A stretch of 64,000 nt of DNA, from the IMG/VR virus record IMGVR_UViG_3300042863_002514, positions 1 through 64,000 of that record. The stretch is one strand, 5' to 3'. Every line of letters begins with the position of its first letter. Position 1 is the stretch's first letter. The notes beneath the pieces are model-generated. The model saw nothing but the letters and a program-made list of their open reading frames with translations, made no database searches and was not told the DNA's origin. Made by a program: the position numbers and the translations under genes. Positions 52,282 through 63,896 of the stretch are shown piece after piece. This stretch comes from an uncultured virus (IMG/VR IMGVR_UViG_3300042863_002514). Taxonomy: Duplodnaviria; Heunggongvirae; Uroviricota; Caudoviricetes.

Positions 52282-52324
52282 AATACAACACAGCACATAT
52301 TGGTAAACCTACAGATGCTGTCTA

Positions 52325-52588
52325 ATGTGTGAGATTATTCCATTCCCAAATAAGCGTGCTGCAAAAGTCAATAACCATTTTTCTGTGGAACAAGTTGAGC
52401 CCACTGGCTATATACCAGTCAAAAAAATTGACTTTACATGTCCTTCCTGCCAAACTCAAACAAGCTTTTCATTTAATAATATCATTTTTCGTACTCTGCA
52501 ATTTTATTGCAGTAAATGTGGTGCAGGATGGAAGGTAACAAACAAACTATTCGCTGGTTTAATTGAAAAAGAAAACAAACCACCATGA
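52325..52588 (+). CDS. Zn-ribbon protein
   Basis: CPSC...CSKC. Confidence 0.65.
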   Translation: MCEIIPFPNKRAAKVNNHFSVEQVEPTGYIPVKKIDFTCPSCQTQTSFSFNNIIFRTLQFYCSKCGAGWKVTNKLFAGLIEKENKPP

Positions 52589-52887
52589 CACACCCCCTAA
52601 TAAATGATTTGACTGCTGTCTCTTTTGAAGAGTTGGAAAAAAGAAAAAATGATATTTTAAGCAGGATGCAAAGGCTAAGAATCTGGGGGCAAGGCAGTAG
52701 TGAAATATGGGACCAGTTTCAAAGTATCCTAGGCAGTTTGGATTTAGAGATGGAACAAAGACTGTCAGCTCAGGACACTGCAAAAAATCCTTCCAAAAAT
52801 GTTATTGTAAATACTGACCCCTTGGAAGAAGAGTTAGAAGACCTTTCCAAACAAAAGCGTGGTCCAAAACAGTATACTATACTATAA
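52585..52887 (+). CDS. Hypothetical protein
   Basis: ATGA overlap; helical/coiled-coil character. Confidence 0.7.
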   Translation: MTHPLINDLTAVSFEELEKRKNDILSRMQRLRIWGQGSSEIWDQFQSILGSLDLEMEQRLSAQDTAKNPSKNVIVNTDPLEEELEDLSKQKRGPKQYTIL

Positions 52888-52889
52888 TT

Positions 52890-53396
52890 ATGAATAACGA
52901 CCTTGTAGTTTTTGACAATGAAGGAACTCCTTTTGTGAGTGGTCAAGGAATTATTGAATTGGCGTATCAAAACAAGCTGGATAATATTTTTGAGTGGCAA
53001 GATTCACCAGCAAAAAGTGCATTCTTGCAGCAATGTGAAAAACTAGATTATTGGCCTATCCCCAGTCATGCATCTGATCCAAAAAAGCGTGACTGGTTTA
53101 CGCCTGAGGAATACACATGCATTGATTTGAAACAGTATTGTCTAACAAGATGTGTTAACAAAGAACAAACGCAACGAGCACTTCTGGAACTGGGACTCAT
53201 ATCTTCACTAAATGCTGAACCCATCTTCCATCATTTGATCTATCTTGTAGATACTTGGAGGAGTCACGGGTTAGTGTGGGGAGTAGGCAGAGGGAGTAGC
53301 GTAAGCTGTTTTGTGCTATATCTTATTGGCGTTAACAAAATCAATCCCTTAGACTATGATCTTGACTACCAGGAATTTTTCAAAATTAAATACTAA
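52890..53396 (+). CDS. dnaE: DNA polymerase III alpha (DnaE)-like fragment ending before the catalytic DxD motif
   Basis: R...EL..I......IF..LIYLVD......VWGVGRGSSVSCFVLYLIG...INPL.YDL.Y.EFF, then a stop codon. Confidence 0.8.
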   Translation: MNNDLVVFDNEGTPFVSGQGIIELAYQNKLDNIFEWQDSPAKSAFLQQCEKLDYWPIPSHASDPKKRDWFTPEEYTCIDLKQYCLTRCVNKEQTQRALLELGLISSLNAEPIFHHLIYLVDTWRSHGLVWGVGRGSSVSCFVLYLIGVNKINPLDYDLDYQEFFKIKY

Positions 53397-53420
53397 TTTT
53401 ACAGTGAGCAAGGAACCATA

Positions 53421-53804
53421 ATGGCCGGACATTTTAGACGTCAACACAGAAGTATGCGGGGAGAAATTATAGATTTTTCAGCCTTGAGCTTACAAAATCA
53501 GCAACAAGTTGCATTAGGAAATGCACGCATGAATGCAAAGGGTGACATTCTTGGCGAGGGGGGTATCATTTTGAAAACACAAGAACAGGTTGAAGCTGAA
53601 TGGGCTGCGGCTAGAGCCATGTCACAAACTTTTACTGCTGATATCAAAAGCGAACAACCTCTCTCACAAGCAGCACCTCCTCCTATGCCTACCCCAAGAG
53701 CAGCTACTTTGCCTGATGTTGAGTTTCCCACAATTCAAGAACTAGTGGGATCTGGAGTTATTACACCAACACCAAAACGGAAAATTGCAGAAAAAGATGA
53801 CTAA
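53421..53804 (+). CDS. Hypothetical phage protein
   Basis: SD AAGGA; ATTAAATA box at 53385-92; ALGN..MNAKGD.LG.GG.I motif. Confidence 0.75.
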   Translation: MAGHFRRQHRSMRGEIIDFSALSLQNQQQVALGNARMNAKGDILGEGGIILKTQEQVEAEWAAARAMSQTFTADIKSEQPLSQAAPPPMPTPRAATLPDVEFPTIQELVGSGVITPTPKRKIAEKDD

Positions 53805-54129
53805 TTTTGAACCTTTTGATTGGCACACAGAGGGTGAGATTCGCCCATTGCCTAATCGAGTCCTAGTGCATAACATGGAACATGGTGAGCGTCGAACCAA
53901 AAGTGGTCTCATAATTGGTGACGACGATGGGAAAGAGCGTGGCGTACGTCCACGCTGGGCTACAGTTTATTCAGTAGGCAAGGACGTAGATGATGTCAAA
54001 AAGGGAGATCGTGTGCTGATCTCTCACGGTCGCTGGAGCCGTGGAGTGTCTGTGGCTGCTCCTGATGGCGAAATCACAGTTGTGAGAATGGTAGAGCCAG
54101 AAAGCATTCTCCTTGTAGAGGACTGTTGA
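53797..54129 (+). CDS. groES: GroES/gp31-like co-chaperonin
   Basis: IRPLPNRVLV...TKSGLII...V.SVG.....VKKGDRVL...ESIL. Confidence 0.88.
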   Translation: MTNFEPFDWHTEGEIRPLPNRVLVHNMEHGERRTKSGLIIGDDDGKERGVRPRWATVYSVGKDVDDVKKGDRVLISHGRWSRGVSVAAPDGEITVVRMVEPESILLVEDC

Positions 54130-54184
54130 CACAGTTTTCTCTACACTACAAACTCATGTGTATATGAAATTGCATGAGGGCAAG

Positions 54185-55126
54185 ATGAGCAAAAAGCTTT
54201 GGGTACAACAATATCGACCAAGCCAACTTAGTGAGTATGTTTGGAGTAACAGTGCTCAGAAAGCCCAAGTGGAAACTTGGGTAGCTGAGCGCCATCTGCC
54301 TAATCTATTGCTAATTGGGCATCCAGGAATTGGTAAGACTGCACTAGCTATGATGCTGATGAGAGAGCTGGATGTAGATAATTCAGATATCAAGTTTGTA
54401 AATGGATCTACAACAAATGGTATCGACTTTGTACGTGATCTTGAAAACTTTGTGTCTACTATGCCCATGGGCGAGTTTCGTTATGTGATTATCGACGAAG
54501 CTGACGGTCTAACTGTCGCAGCGCAATCAGGATTGCGCAACATGGTTGAGACCTACAGTGATGGGGCACGTTTCATTCTCACTGCTAATTATGGTCACAA
54601 AATCATTCCAGCACTCAAGAGCAGGTGCCAAACATTTGAAATCCAAAGCCTTGAACGCGATCAGTTTGTAGAGCGCATTGCTACAGTTCTTATGAGCGAA
54701 GGCATTGATCTCACTGAACATAATTTTGAGATTCTGGATGATTACGTATCAGCATGCTATCCTGATCTACGCAAGTGTATCAACATGCTGCAACAAAACT
54801 GCATCAACAAAACACTACAACGACCAGGTGAAGGCACTGCTAGCGCCACAAGCGACTACATCGTGCAAGCTGTTGGACTGTTCCGCGAAGGCAAGATTCA
54901 AGAAGCCAGAAAGCTGTTGGCACCCAAGCTGCAAGGTGCTGAATTTGAAGAAGCTTATCGACTTTTGTATCAAAATCTCAACTGGTGGGGTCCAAGTGAT
55001 AAACAACAGAATGCAGCGATTGTTATCATTGCTAACCGGCTGAGAGACCATGCCATGTGTGCTGATCCTGAGATCAATTTTTCAGCATGTTTGATTGAAC
55101 TCAGCAGTGTGGCAAATGAGGGCTAA
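54185..55126 (+). CDS. Clamp loader ATPase (RFC small subunit / T4 gp44-like)
   Basis: LW...YRP, GHPGIGKT, IIDEADGL, AQ..LR, FILTANY, ALKSRC and DLRKCIN.LQ motifs. Confidence 0.92.
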   Translation: MSKKLWVQQYRPSQLSEYVWSNSAQKAQVETWVAERHLPNLLLIGHPGIGKTALAMMLMRELDVDNSDIKFVNGSTTNGIDFVRDLENFVSTMPMGEFRYVIIDEADGLTVAAQSGLRNMVETYSDGARFILTANYGHKIIPALKSRCQTFEIQSLERDQFVERIATVLMSEGIDLTEHNFEILDDYVSACYPDLRKCINMLQQNCINKTLQRPGEGTASATSDYIVQAVGLFREGKIQEARKLLAPKLQGAEFEEAYRLLYQNLNWWGPSDKQQNAAIVIIANRLRDHAMCADPEINFSACLIELSSVANEG

Positions 55127-55133
55127 GCCCTCA
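55117..55133. terminator. Hairpin at a convergent gene junction with overlapping stop codons
   Basis: tgagggc-taa-gccctca; + TAA at 55124-26 and - TAG at 55123-25. Confidence 0.45.
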
Positions 55134-55547
55134 CTATCAAGTTCCAATTACCCACAAGTGGCAGAAAACTTGTTAAATCAATTGAACATGCGCTGGTACT
55201 TGTGAGCGTAATGCTATCAGGTGTTATTACTTGGCTCAAATTGTTGCTTACCTGCACCAAAACTATTTTCTGTCCCAGGTTATGAGCTACTGGGAGCACA
55301 CCTCCCACTAAGTCCGCAGCTACAAAACTTTGACGAAACACCAAACCCACTGTGGAGATAATTACTGGACTTGTGCCTGAATCAATAAGCACTGGTCCAG
55401 ATACTACATCGCCAGTAATCAAGATTGTTTTGCCTTGAAGATTTTCAATCTCTGTTTTGATAGTGGAGAAATTGTCTCGAAAGCCTTTTGAGCTTTGATC
55501 AATACCAGGAACTGGAAAATTGGGATTTACTCTGCTGATTACTGCCA

Positions 55548-55548
<1 letters not shown>
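55123..55548 (-). CDS. Small virion protein with GFRDNF anchor and a domain shared with 20260
   Basis: NFPVPGIDQSSKGFRDNF; AHNLGQKIVLVQV...PDSITL...W. Confidence 0.75.
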
Positions 55549-57791
<2,243 letters not shown>

Positions 57792-57823
57792 TCACAAAAA
57801 TATCTGCGCTATTTAACGGATCA

Positions 57824-60800
57824 TTATTGCCAAGGTTTCCCAAAATTCAAAACCCATGTCCTAGAGAACCTGCTTGCTGTCACTGAGGCCCTTTGATTGA
57901 ACACAGTGCTATAATAATCAAAAATAGTCTTGTTTTCATCAAATATTACCTGGCTAAAGGGAATATTAGTGTTGTTCACAAAGTCAAACTCAGTTGTAAA
58001 CTCGTCAAAATAAGTTGTATTGTTATCAAACACTGTCTCGCTAGCGGGTTCATACTCTACCAAGGCTGTTTGGCCAACATCCCAAGTCATAGTATCCTCA
58101 TCAAAAGTTGTAGATCCAGTCCAAACAATGCCTTGAACAGTCAACTCCACTTGTTTGACTTCAATCAAGTTACCATCGTAAGGATTTACAGGAAAAGGAT
58201 TGTTTTTAAACCACTCTGCTCCAGAATCTGAGACTTCCGCCAACGGAACTGATAATACAAAATTGTCTGCCCAAACTTCTTGCCAAGAAGGCAGTAATTC
58301 TGTTCCTGAAAAATCAATAAATGCTCCTGACTGATATCCTTGCCCAGGGCTCAATATAGAGACTGTTGATACCCCTAAATCAAATAATACTGCAAAGTTT
58401 TTTGTACCATTGAAAAATGTAATGTTCCCTTTGGGAAAATGCGAAAAAAGTCCAGGAACTGTTACTTGAATACTGGTTACTACACCTATGTTGTTTACGC
58501 TGACTATTTTTATTTTGCCAAATTGTTGATTTACTGCTGAGCCGACTTTCACTTCAAACTCTTGGTCAGCTAAGAATCCAGGTGTTGAGCTTTCAATAGT
58601 ACCGCTCTGCAAACCTAGATATCCCACTACTTGTGCGCCCGAGCCTTGTCCAATAACAGAGATTTTGGGTTGACTATAATATCCTGTTCCAGAGGAATTT
58701 ACTGCTATGTTTGTCAATGCACCACTGCTCAAGTTCACTGATGCAGTTGCTTGTGCCCCAGAGCCTTTGGCGTTGGAAAACCCAAACAATCTTTCTGTTG
58801 TTTGCCGGATATTATAGACACTGGCTGGAAAAGCTTGATTAGGACCTTGTTTGTTTTGTTTGAGCCAAACAACTTGATTATCTATTATGGGAATGGCTGT
58901 TCCTGAAGGTCCTAGCCCACCTGCTGACCAACCAGTGGTTTGTGCAGTCAAAAGTAGGTCTTGATTTACAATTGTTTGTTGTGTTTGATATCTGTGCTGG
59001 GGATACCAAGGCAATGGTAACAAACGGCTAGTAGCGATGTTAGGGAAGGCAACCAGCTGCCAAACTACTGATCCATCAGCACCAGGTGTGGTGGGTTCAG
59101 GAAAATCTCCACTCTTTCCACTAACACTAGCTACAAGTTGCAGTCCGGTGCTAGTGCTTACTCTTTCATTACTATGATAAAATGAAAAGGGAGTCCAAGT
59201 CCTATTACTGTTCGCATCTTTTACAGCAACAAATAATGTTTGATACGGCAGTTGATTGCCTTCACTTACATAAACGTTGCCATAACCCAGCTTAAACTCT
59301 GTCAAATAATTGCTAATAGCATCTCTAACAGTTGAAACATTTTGATAATTTAAACCATTTATAATAGAGACTGCTGGACTGTCATTTCGACTCCAATTTT
59401 TATCAGCCTCTCTAAACAGATATTCAGGTGGCATTAGGCTGGTGCTGTTATTGATAATAAAGTCCAGTTTGTTTGTGCCTGTTATGGGAATCTGTATGCT
59501 CATATAATGTTCAAGATTCTGACTTTGGACTGTTAGACGGAACCATTGAATAGCTACATCTACACCGTCTCCAGCACTTACTTCAAAATAATATGTTTTG
59601 GAAACAGCATGATACTCCACAAAACCACTTAGCATGCCGGTTTCACTCACTACTATAGTGTAGGGAGGTATATTGCCACCCCTGAGACCGTATTGTATGC
59701 TAGCTCCAGGCCTAGTTGTAATGGCTTGAAATTGTATGCTACTGAATTCACCGTCATTTACGGAGCCCAAATCATTTGGTGTTATCCAAGTGATTTGTTT
59801 GGCATCTTGTGCCACTGTAACAAAAAAGTTTTGCGGTATTGCATTTGTACCATCACTTGCAATCACTGTAAACGAATACACAGTGGTAATAGAGACATTA
59901 GGCGCCTGCCCCCAGAGCTCTCCAAGAATGCTGAGATTTAACCAAGGAGGCAGGTTTACGCTAGAGAAAGCTACGCTCTGCAAGTCTGGTTCAAATACTA
60001 TCAAAGGAAAATTAAAATTAGTGCCAGGCGCAATAGTGCCTAAGCTTCCTGAGGGAGTAATCCAAATAGGCGCATGTGGGGGACTTATCAACCCTACTGA
60101 AAACACCTGAGAAATGGTTTTAGTGTTGGTTGATGCAATAATTGTGAAATCAAGCGAGTCAATTGTGCCAGGTGTTACTTGGTCCCACACAGCAGCTTGG
60201 GCAATGTATTGCCAGGCAGTAGGGTATCCGTCAGGAATATATCCTCCTGTGCCTGTGGGACCACCAGCAGGTGCACTGAACCCACTTGCCAAACACACGT
60301 AGAGTTTTCCAGTGTCATTTGACACAATTTGGTTTATTACATAATAAGTATTGGGCTGCCAAGGCGGGTCAATGCTGTCTACTATATTCAGTCCAGAAAC
60401 ATAAGGACCATTGGCTATCCCGCTCTTTCCAGGCACTGTACACTTATACAAATAGCCATTGTTAAAAACATAATCAATTATTGAATACAACGAAGTGGGT
60501 TTCCAAGACAGGTCAACAGTGACCAAGCCTGTTTGCGCTTCAATAGAAACTCCTTGGCTCCAGGTAATAACAGGAGGAAAGCTGTAGGTAATGGATTTCA
60601 AAGGTGTATTTTGGGCAGCCACTACGAATTCTTGTGGTTCAGATTGATAATAGTAGCCCAAAACACTTGTATTGGTGGTCTGCCATTCCAGAATGTCAAC
60701 ACTATTTGTAGCAGTTATGTAAAATGTGCGATCAGTTGAAAATGTGCCGTTGTTTAGTCGGAGTGTAAAACTAAAAGTTTGTGTGCCCACAACTCCTGAA

Positions 60801-61006
60801 ATCTGTCCTAAAATCTCAATTTGACTGTTGATAAATTCCAAACGTGTGCCAGGAGGCAAACTTCCATTTATTGGAGGAATGCTTACATTGCAGGGAAGAT
60901 CTAGAGTTTCTCCATAAGACAGTATTTCTGGGTTACTGCTGTAGCTATAGCCCTCACTTCTGCTTGGTAGCAGACCTTCTGTAACCCAAAAAGGATAAGA
61001 CGTCAT
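57824..61006 (-). CDS. Large virion structural protein (Ig-like repeats, W.P.T.Y modules, TxFD C-terminal repeats)
   Basis: GSLPPG.../W.TP..LG Ig-like units; WKPTSLY/WQPNTYY/WTPFSFY/WYPQHRY CBM5/12-like modules; ATG 61006 below CTTAAATA at 61034-41. Confidence 0.8.
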   Translation of the reverse strand: MTSYPFWVTEGLLPSRSEGYSYSSNPEILSYGETLDLPCNVSIPPINGSLPPGTRLEFINSQIEILGQISGVVGTQTFSFTLRLNNGTFSTDRTFYITATNSVDILEWQTTNTSVLGYYYQSEPQEFVVAAQNTPLKSITYSFPPVITWSQGVSIEAQTGLVTVDLSWKPTSLYSIIDYVFNNGYLYKCTVPGKSGIANGPYVSGLNIVDSIDPPWQPNTYYVINQIVSNDTGKLYVCLASGFSAPAGGPTGTGGYIPDGYPTAWQYIAQAAVWDQVTPGTIDSLDFTIIASTNTKTISQVFSVGLISPPHAPIWITPSGSLGTIAPGTNFNFPLIVFEPDLQSVAFSSVNLPPWLNLSILGELWGQAPNVSITTVYSFTVIASDGTNAIPQNFFVTVAQDAKQITWITPNDLGSVNDGEFSSIQFQAITTRPGASIQYGLRGGNIPPYTIVVSETGMLSGFVEYHAVSKTYYFEVSAGDGVDVAIQWFRLTVQSQNLEHYMSIQIPITGTNKLDFIINNSTSLMPPEYLFREADKNWSRNDSPAVSIINGLNYQNVSTVRDAISNYLTEFKLGYGNVYVSEGNQLPYQTLFVAVKDANSNRTWTPFSFYHSNERVSTSTGLQLVASVSGKSGDFPEPTTPGADGSVVWQLVAFPNIATSRLLPLPWYPQHRYQTQQTIVNQDLLLTAQTTGWSAGGLGPSGTAIPIIDNQVVWLKQNKQGPNQAFPASVYNIRQTTERLFGFSNAKGSGAQATASVNLSSGALTNIAVNSSGTGYYSQPKISVIGQGSGAQVVGYLGLQSGTIESSTPGFLADQEFEVKVGSAVNQQFGKIKIVSVNNIGVVTSIQVTVPGLFSHFPKGNITFFNGTKNFAVLFDLGVSTVSILSPGQGYQSGAFIDFSGTELLPSWQEVWADNFVLSVPLAEVSDSGAEWFKNNPFPVNPYDGNLIEVKQVELTVQGIVWTGSTTFDEDTMTWDVGQTALVEYEPASETVFDNNTTYFDEFTTEFDFVNNTNIPFSQVIFDENKTIFDYYSTVFNQRASVTASRFSRTWVLNFGKPWQ

Positions 61007-61059
61007 TGGTAATCCATTATTTTTGATTACCAATATTTAAGGCTATTGTGAAAACAGGT

Positions 61060-61665
61060 TTAGGGCAGTAACTCTACAGATTTGATGTAATCAATGCGTT
61101 CCTGCCACATGAGTTTCAAACTCATGAGGTGAGTGTCATCAGTCAAATAAATTCGGGGCCAAACTGGGTATGAGGTTATATCATTAGAGCTAGGCACAAG
61201 CTTGTAATCAGTTTCATCTTGGAAAAAGTTTTTGAGCCAGTCCCAAGTTTCATGAGTTGGGTCATATTTGAAGTAGACACTATATTTGTATTTGTTGAAC
61301 AGGAGATTTTTTCTGACTACCACAAGATTTCTTACATCGAGAGATTTTTCGTGATCCAAGTTCAACGGTTGTGTTATTTCAAGTATCCTGGTTCCAAATT
61401 CCAAAATTAATTTGTTTTTGTCCACAAGGCTAGACGTATAAACCATTTGATGATATTGAAGATCATTGGTGGTCTTGATGAAATGATCTTTTATTAGATA
61501 GCTTTCTTCAAAGTTATCTTTGCACCAGTCGTGTATAACAAAAACCTCAGGTGGTTTTGGATATCCATAATTATATCTTTTTTTGCTGGGTACAACAGTT
61601 GACACCGTAATTTTGGTGCTATACTTTCCAAAAAACAGTTTACTGGAATAGTTTGTTTTGATCAT
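61060..61665 (-). CDS. Hypothetical phage protein
   Basis: 201-aa ORF with an internally repeated LF..KY.Y motif. Confidence 0.7.
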   Translation of the reverse strand: MIKTNYSSKLFFGKYSTKITVSTVVPSKKRYNYGYPKPPEVFVIHDWCKDNFEESYLIKDHFIKTTNDLQYHQMVYTSSLVDKNKLILEFGTRILEITQPLNLDHEKSLDVRNLVVVRKNLLFNKYKYSVYFKYDPTHETWDWLKNFFQDETDYKLVPSSNDITSYPVWPRIYLTDDTHLMSLKLMWQERIDYIKSVELLP

Positions 61666-61670
61666 CTAAG

Positions 61671-62003
61671 TTAAAAACTCACACTTTTGCCACAGCCACA
61701 GGTGTTAGATACATGAGGATTGGTCCAAACAAACTTTTTGCCAAATAAATCGCTTTCCAAGCCCAATGTGCTGCCCAATAATTTCATTACACTATCAGCT
61801 TTGATGGCAATAGTGCCATTTGTAATTTCAATAGTTTCATCAAATTTAGATAGTTGATCATTATTACACAGTTCATAAACGTAACTATGTCCGGAACAGC
61901 CTTTGTTGTCAAGGCCTATTACGAACACTGTTTGGACTGCCTCAGACAATATGAGATCTATGTGCTGCTCAGCTGATGGTGTTAAGTTTATTACAGATTT
62001 CAT
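61671..62003 (-). CDS. iscA: HesB/IscA-family Fe-S cluster carrier
   Basis: I.LT.SA, GCSG.SY and NP....CGCGKS motifs; ATG 62003 overlaps the sod stop. Confidence 0.9.
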   Translation of the reverse strand: MKSVINLTPSAEQHIDLILSEAVQTVFVIGLDNKGCSGHSYVYELCNNDQLSKFDETIEITNGTIAIKADSVMKLLGSTLGLESDLFGKKFVWTNPHVSNTCGCGKSVSF

Positions 62004-62545
62004 TTGATTTTGAGTTCCAAGTGATCCCAGTTCACTACATTCCAAAACTCCGTGAAAAACTTTTCCCGATTGAAATCGTAATCAACTGTAGTGTGTTCCC
62101 AAAGGTCTATTGCCATGGCAATTCCAGGTTTCAAAACATGGTTCTGGATGGTTTGTATTTGTAAATCTTCCATTATCAATACCCAACCATTGCCTTGGAT
62201 AGTCAACGCTGCATCTACCACAGCTTTCTTGAACGCATCTAAGGTTCCGTGCGTTGATGAGATCTTTTTTTCCAATGCATTACCGGGTTGGTTGTTTTTT
62301 GAATAAGGTTGCATTAGTGGCCAAAAGAAGTCATTGTGTAATAGGGCACCTGCTTTTTGAAACAAGTCACCAGTGGCTTTGTACTTCTTGAAGTAGTTTT
62401 TTGTTAAAATATTGTAATGCACATCTACGCTGTGCTCACTCATTGCTGGTTCAAGATCTTTCAATCCATAAGGCAGCTTAGTGATCTTGATAGGCTCTAT
62501 GAGAGATGCAGCCTCTACTAAACAAATATGATTTCGTAAGCTCAT
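62000..62545 (-). CDS. sod: Fe/Mn superoxide dismutase-like protein (divergent)
   Basis: LPY...LEP.MS....HY, HN.FFW, QGNGW and DLWEH motifs; ATG 62545 with SD AAGGA and a TTTAAATA box. Confidence 0.85.
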   Translation of the reverse strand: MSLRNHICLVEAASLIEPIKITKLPYGLKDLEPAMSEHSVDVHYNILTKNYFKKYKATGDLFQKAGALLHNDFFWPLMQPYSKNNQPGNALEKKISSTHGTLDAFKKAVVDAALTIQGNGWVLIMEDLQIQTIQNHVLKPGIAMAIDLWEHTTVDYDFNREKFFTEFWNVVNWDHLELKIK

Positions 62546-62565
62546 GGGGTATCCTTTTCTTGTAT

Positions 62566-62877
62566 TTAAATTGCAGAGCTCAGCAATTTGTGCCAAGTGA
62601 ATCTTTCCAACATCATAGTGGGAAATTCAGGCCAGTCTTTGACAACTTCCTGGTAGTCAATTGTTTTGTAACCTTTTTTCAACTTAGTGTTTTTGGATCG
62701 CTGTGAGCCAATCATACCTTCCCAGCCAACACCATGTGTTTTGAAACTGCTGCTGCCTTTCCAGGCACACCAGAATACATGCCAAGTATCATCGTCAAGT
62801 TGAAAACGACCCCACAGTTTGTCACTTCGTTCCTCTCTGAACTGCAATACTTCCAAAAACGTTATTGATTCAAACAT
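62566..62877 (-). CDS. WGR-domain-like hypothetical protein
   Basis: DKLWG...VFW...K....K.KKGY pattern. Confidence 0.5.
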   Translation of the reverse strand: MFESITFLEVLQFREERSDKLWGRFQLDDDTWHVFWCAWKGSSSFKTHGVGWEGMIGSQRSKNTKLKKGYKTIDYQEVVKDWPEFPTMMLERFTWHKLLSSAI

Positions 62878-62879
62878 AA

Positions 62880-63293
62880 TTATGTATGAGGACAAAACTG
62901 CTTTATGTCAACAGGCAGTTTATTTGGCTTCACAATGCCCCGCAATTCCATCTTGATTGAAGAATATGCTGGCTTGAACCATTTCTGTAGTATAGGTACT
63001 GCCTGATGCGGATCACAATTGCCGCACACAAAAATATCCAAGCTAACGAATTTTGATTCAGGCCAGGTATGGATGGATTCATGGGATTCAGCTAATATCA
63101 CAGCACCACTTACCCCTCCTCCATCAAAGGGGTGCAGATATGAAAACAGCACAGTTGCGCCTGTAGCCTTACAACTGTCTTCCATAACTTCTTGAATTTC
63201 GTTAAGGGTACCATGCTGTTGACAGTCATACAAGTCAATCAAAAGATGCTGTCCTGCATATGAAATACCATTGTTTGTTACAAACCCTACCAT
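62880..63293 (-). CDS. speD: S-adenosylmethionine decarboxylase proenzyme
   Basis: G.HLLIDLY.C, GVSG..ILAESH.SIHTWPE and DIFVCG; ES self-cleavage site. CTTAAATA box at 63328-35. Confidence 0.93.
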   Translation of the reverse strand: MVGFVTNNGISYAGQHLLIDLYDCQQHGTLNEIQEVMEDSCKATGATVLFSYLHPFDGGGVSGAVILAESHESIHTWPESKFVSLDIFVCGNCDPHQAVPILQKWFKPAYSSIKMELRGIVKPNKLPVDIKQFCPHT

Positions 63294-63339
63294 AATGCCT
63301 GCTTTCCCTAGGATAATTTACAGTTATTATTTAAGTAGA

Positions 63340-63831
63340 TTATTTGTTCAAAATGCTCAAGGCTTTTGCTAAGCTGGCTTTGTCAAAACCATGATCAGGA
63401 TGTGTTCTCACATAATTGGTTTTCAAATACAAGATGGCTGGGTTGTCATCTATTGCTACCCAAGTGTCAATCTCAGGATGATCAGCAATCCAGTTCAAAA
63501 CTTCTTGACCCCGATTTGACCCTTGCTGTCTAGGAGTCATGTAATTGCCTTCACTGGGATCATCGTATTCAAATATACAGGAAGGATCAATACCATTGCG
63601 CATGAGACAATTGCTGACTTCACTAACACTGTGTCCCTCAGCCCAACTTGTGCTGAGAACTATTTCAGCATGAGTTGCCTTGAGCAAGGCATTCAAATTT
63701 TTCACACAACTGGGATTGAATACAACTTTAGAGAGATAGTTATTGGTAGTCAGTCCCTGCTCTGCTTGCTCTCTAGCATCAGGATCAGGTAATAACACGC
63801 CGTCAAAGTCTAAAAACACTATCTTGGTCAT
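63340..63831 (-). CDS. HAD-superfamily protein (HAD_SAK_2-like)
   Basis: FLDFDGVL, IVLSTSW, RGQEV..W and WVAIDD motifs; CTTAAATA box at 63857-64. Confidence 0.85.
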   Translation of the reverse strand: MTKIVFLDFDGVLLPDPDAREQAEQGLTTNNYLSKVVFNPSCVKNLNALLKATHAEIVLSTSWAEGHSVSEVSNCLMRNGIDPSCIFEYDDPSEGNYMTPRQQGSNRGQEVLNWIADHPEIDTWVAIDDNPAILYLKTNYVRTHPDHGFDKASLAKALSILNK

Positions 63832-63896
63832 CTCAAAGGGCCTTGCACTAGGGACGTATTTAAGTTAAGCTCATATGATATAGGGATATTTGCGTT

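Noticed and set aside
52890..53804. Split intein or intron interrupting dnaE
   Set aside because: There is no intein N-terminal block after the DnaE segment, and the following ORF has its own promoter box and SD and shows no DnaE, intein or homing-endonuclease motifs.
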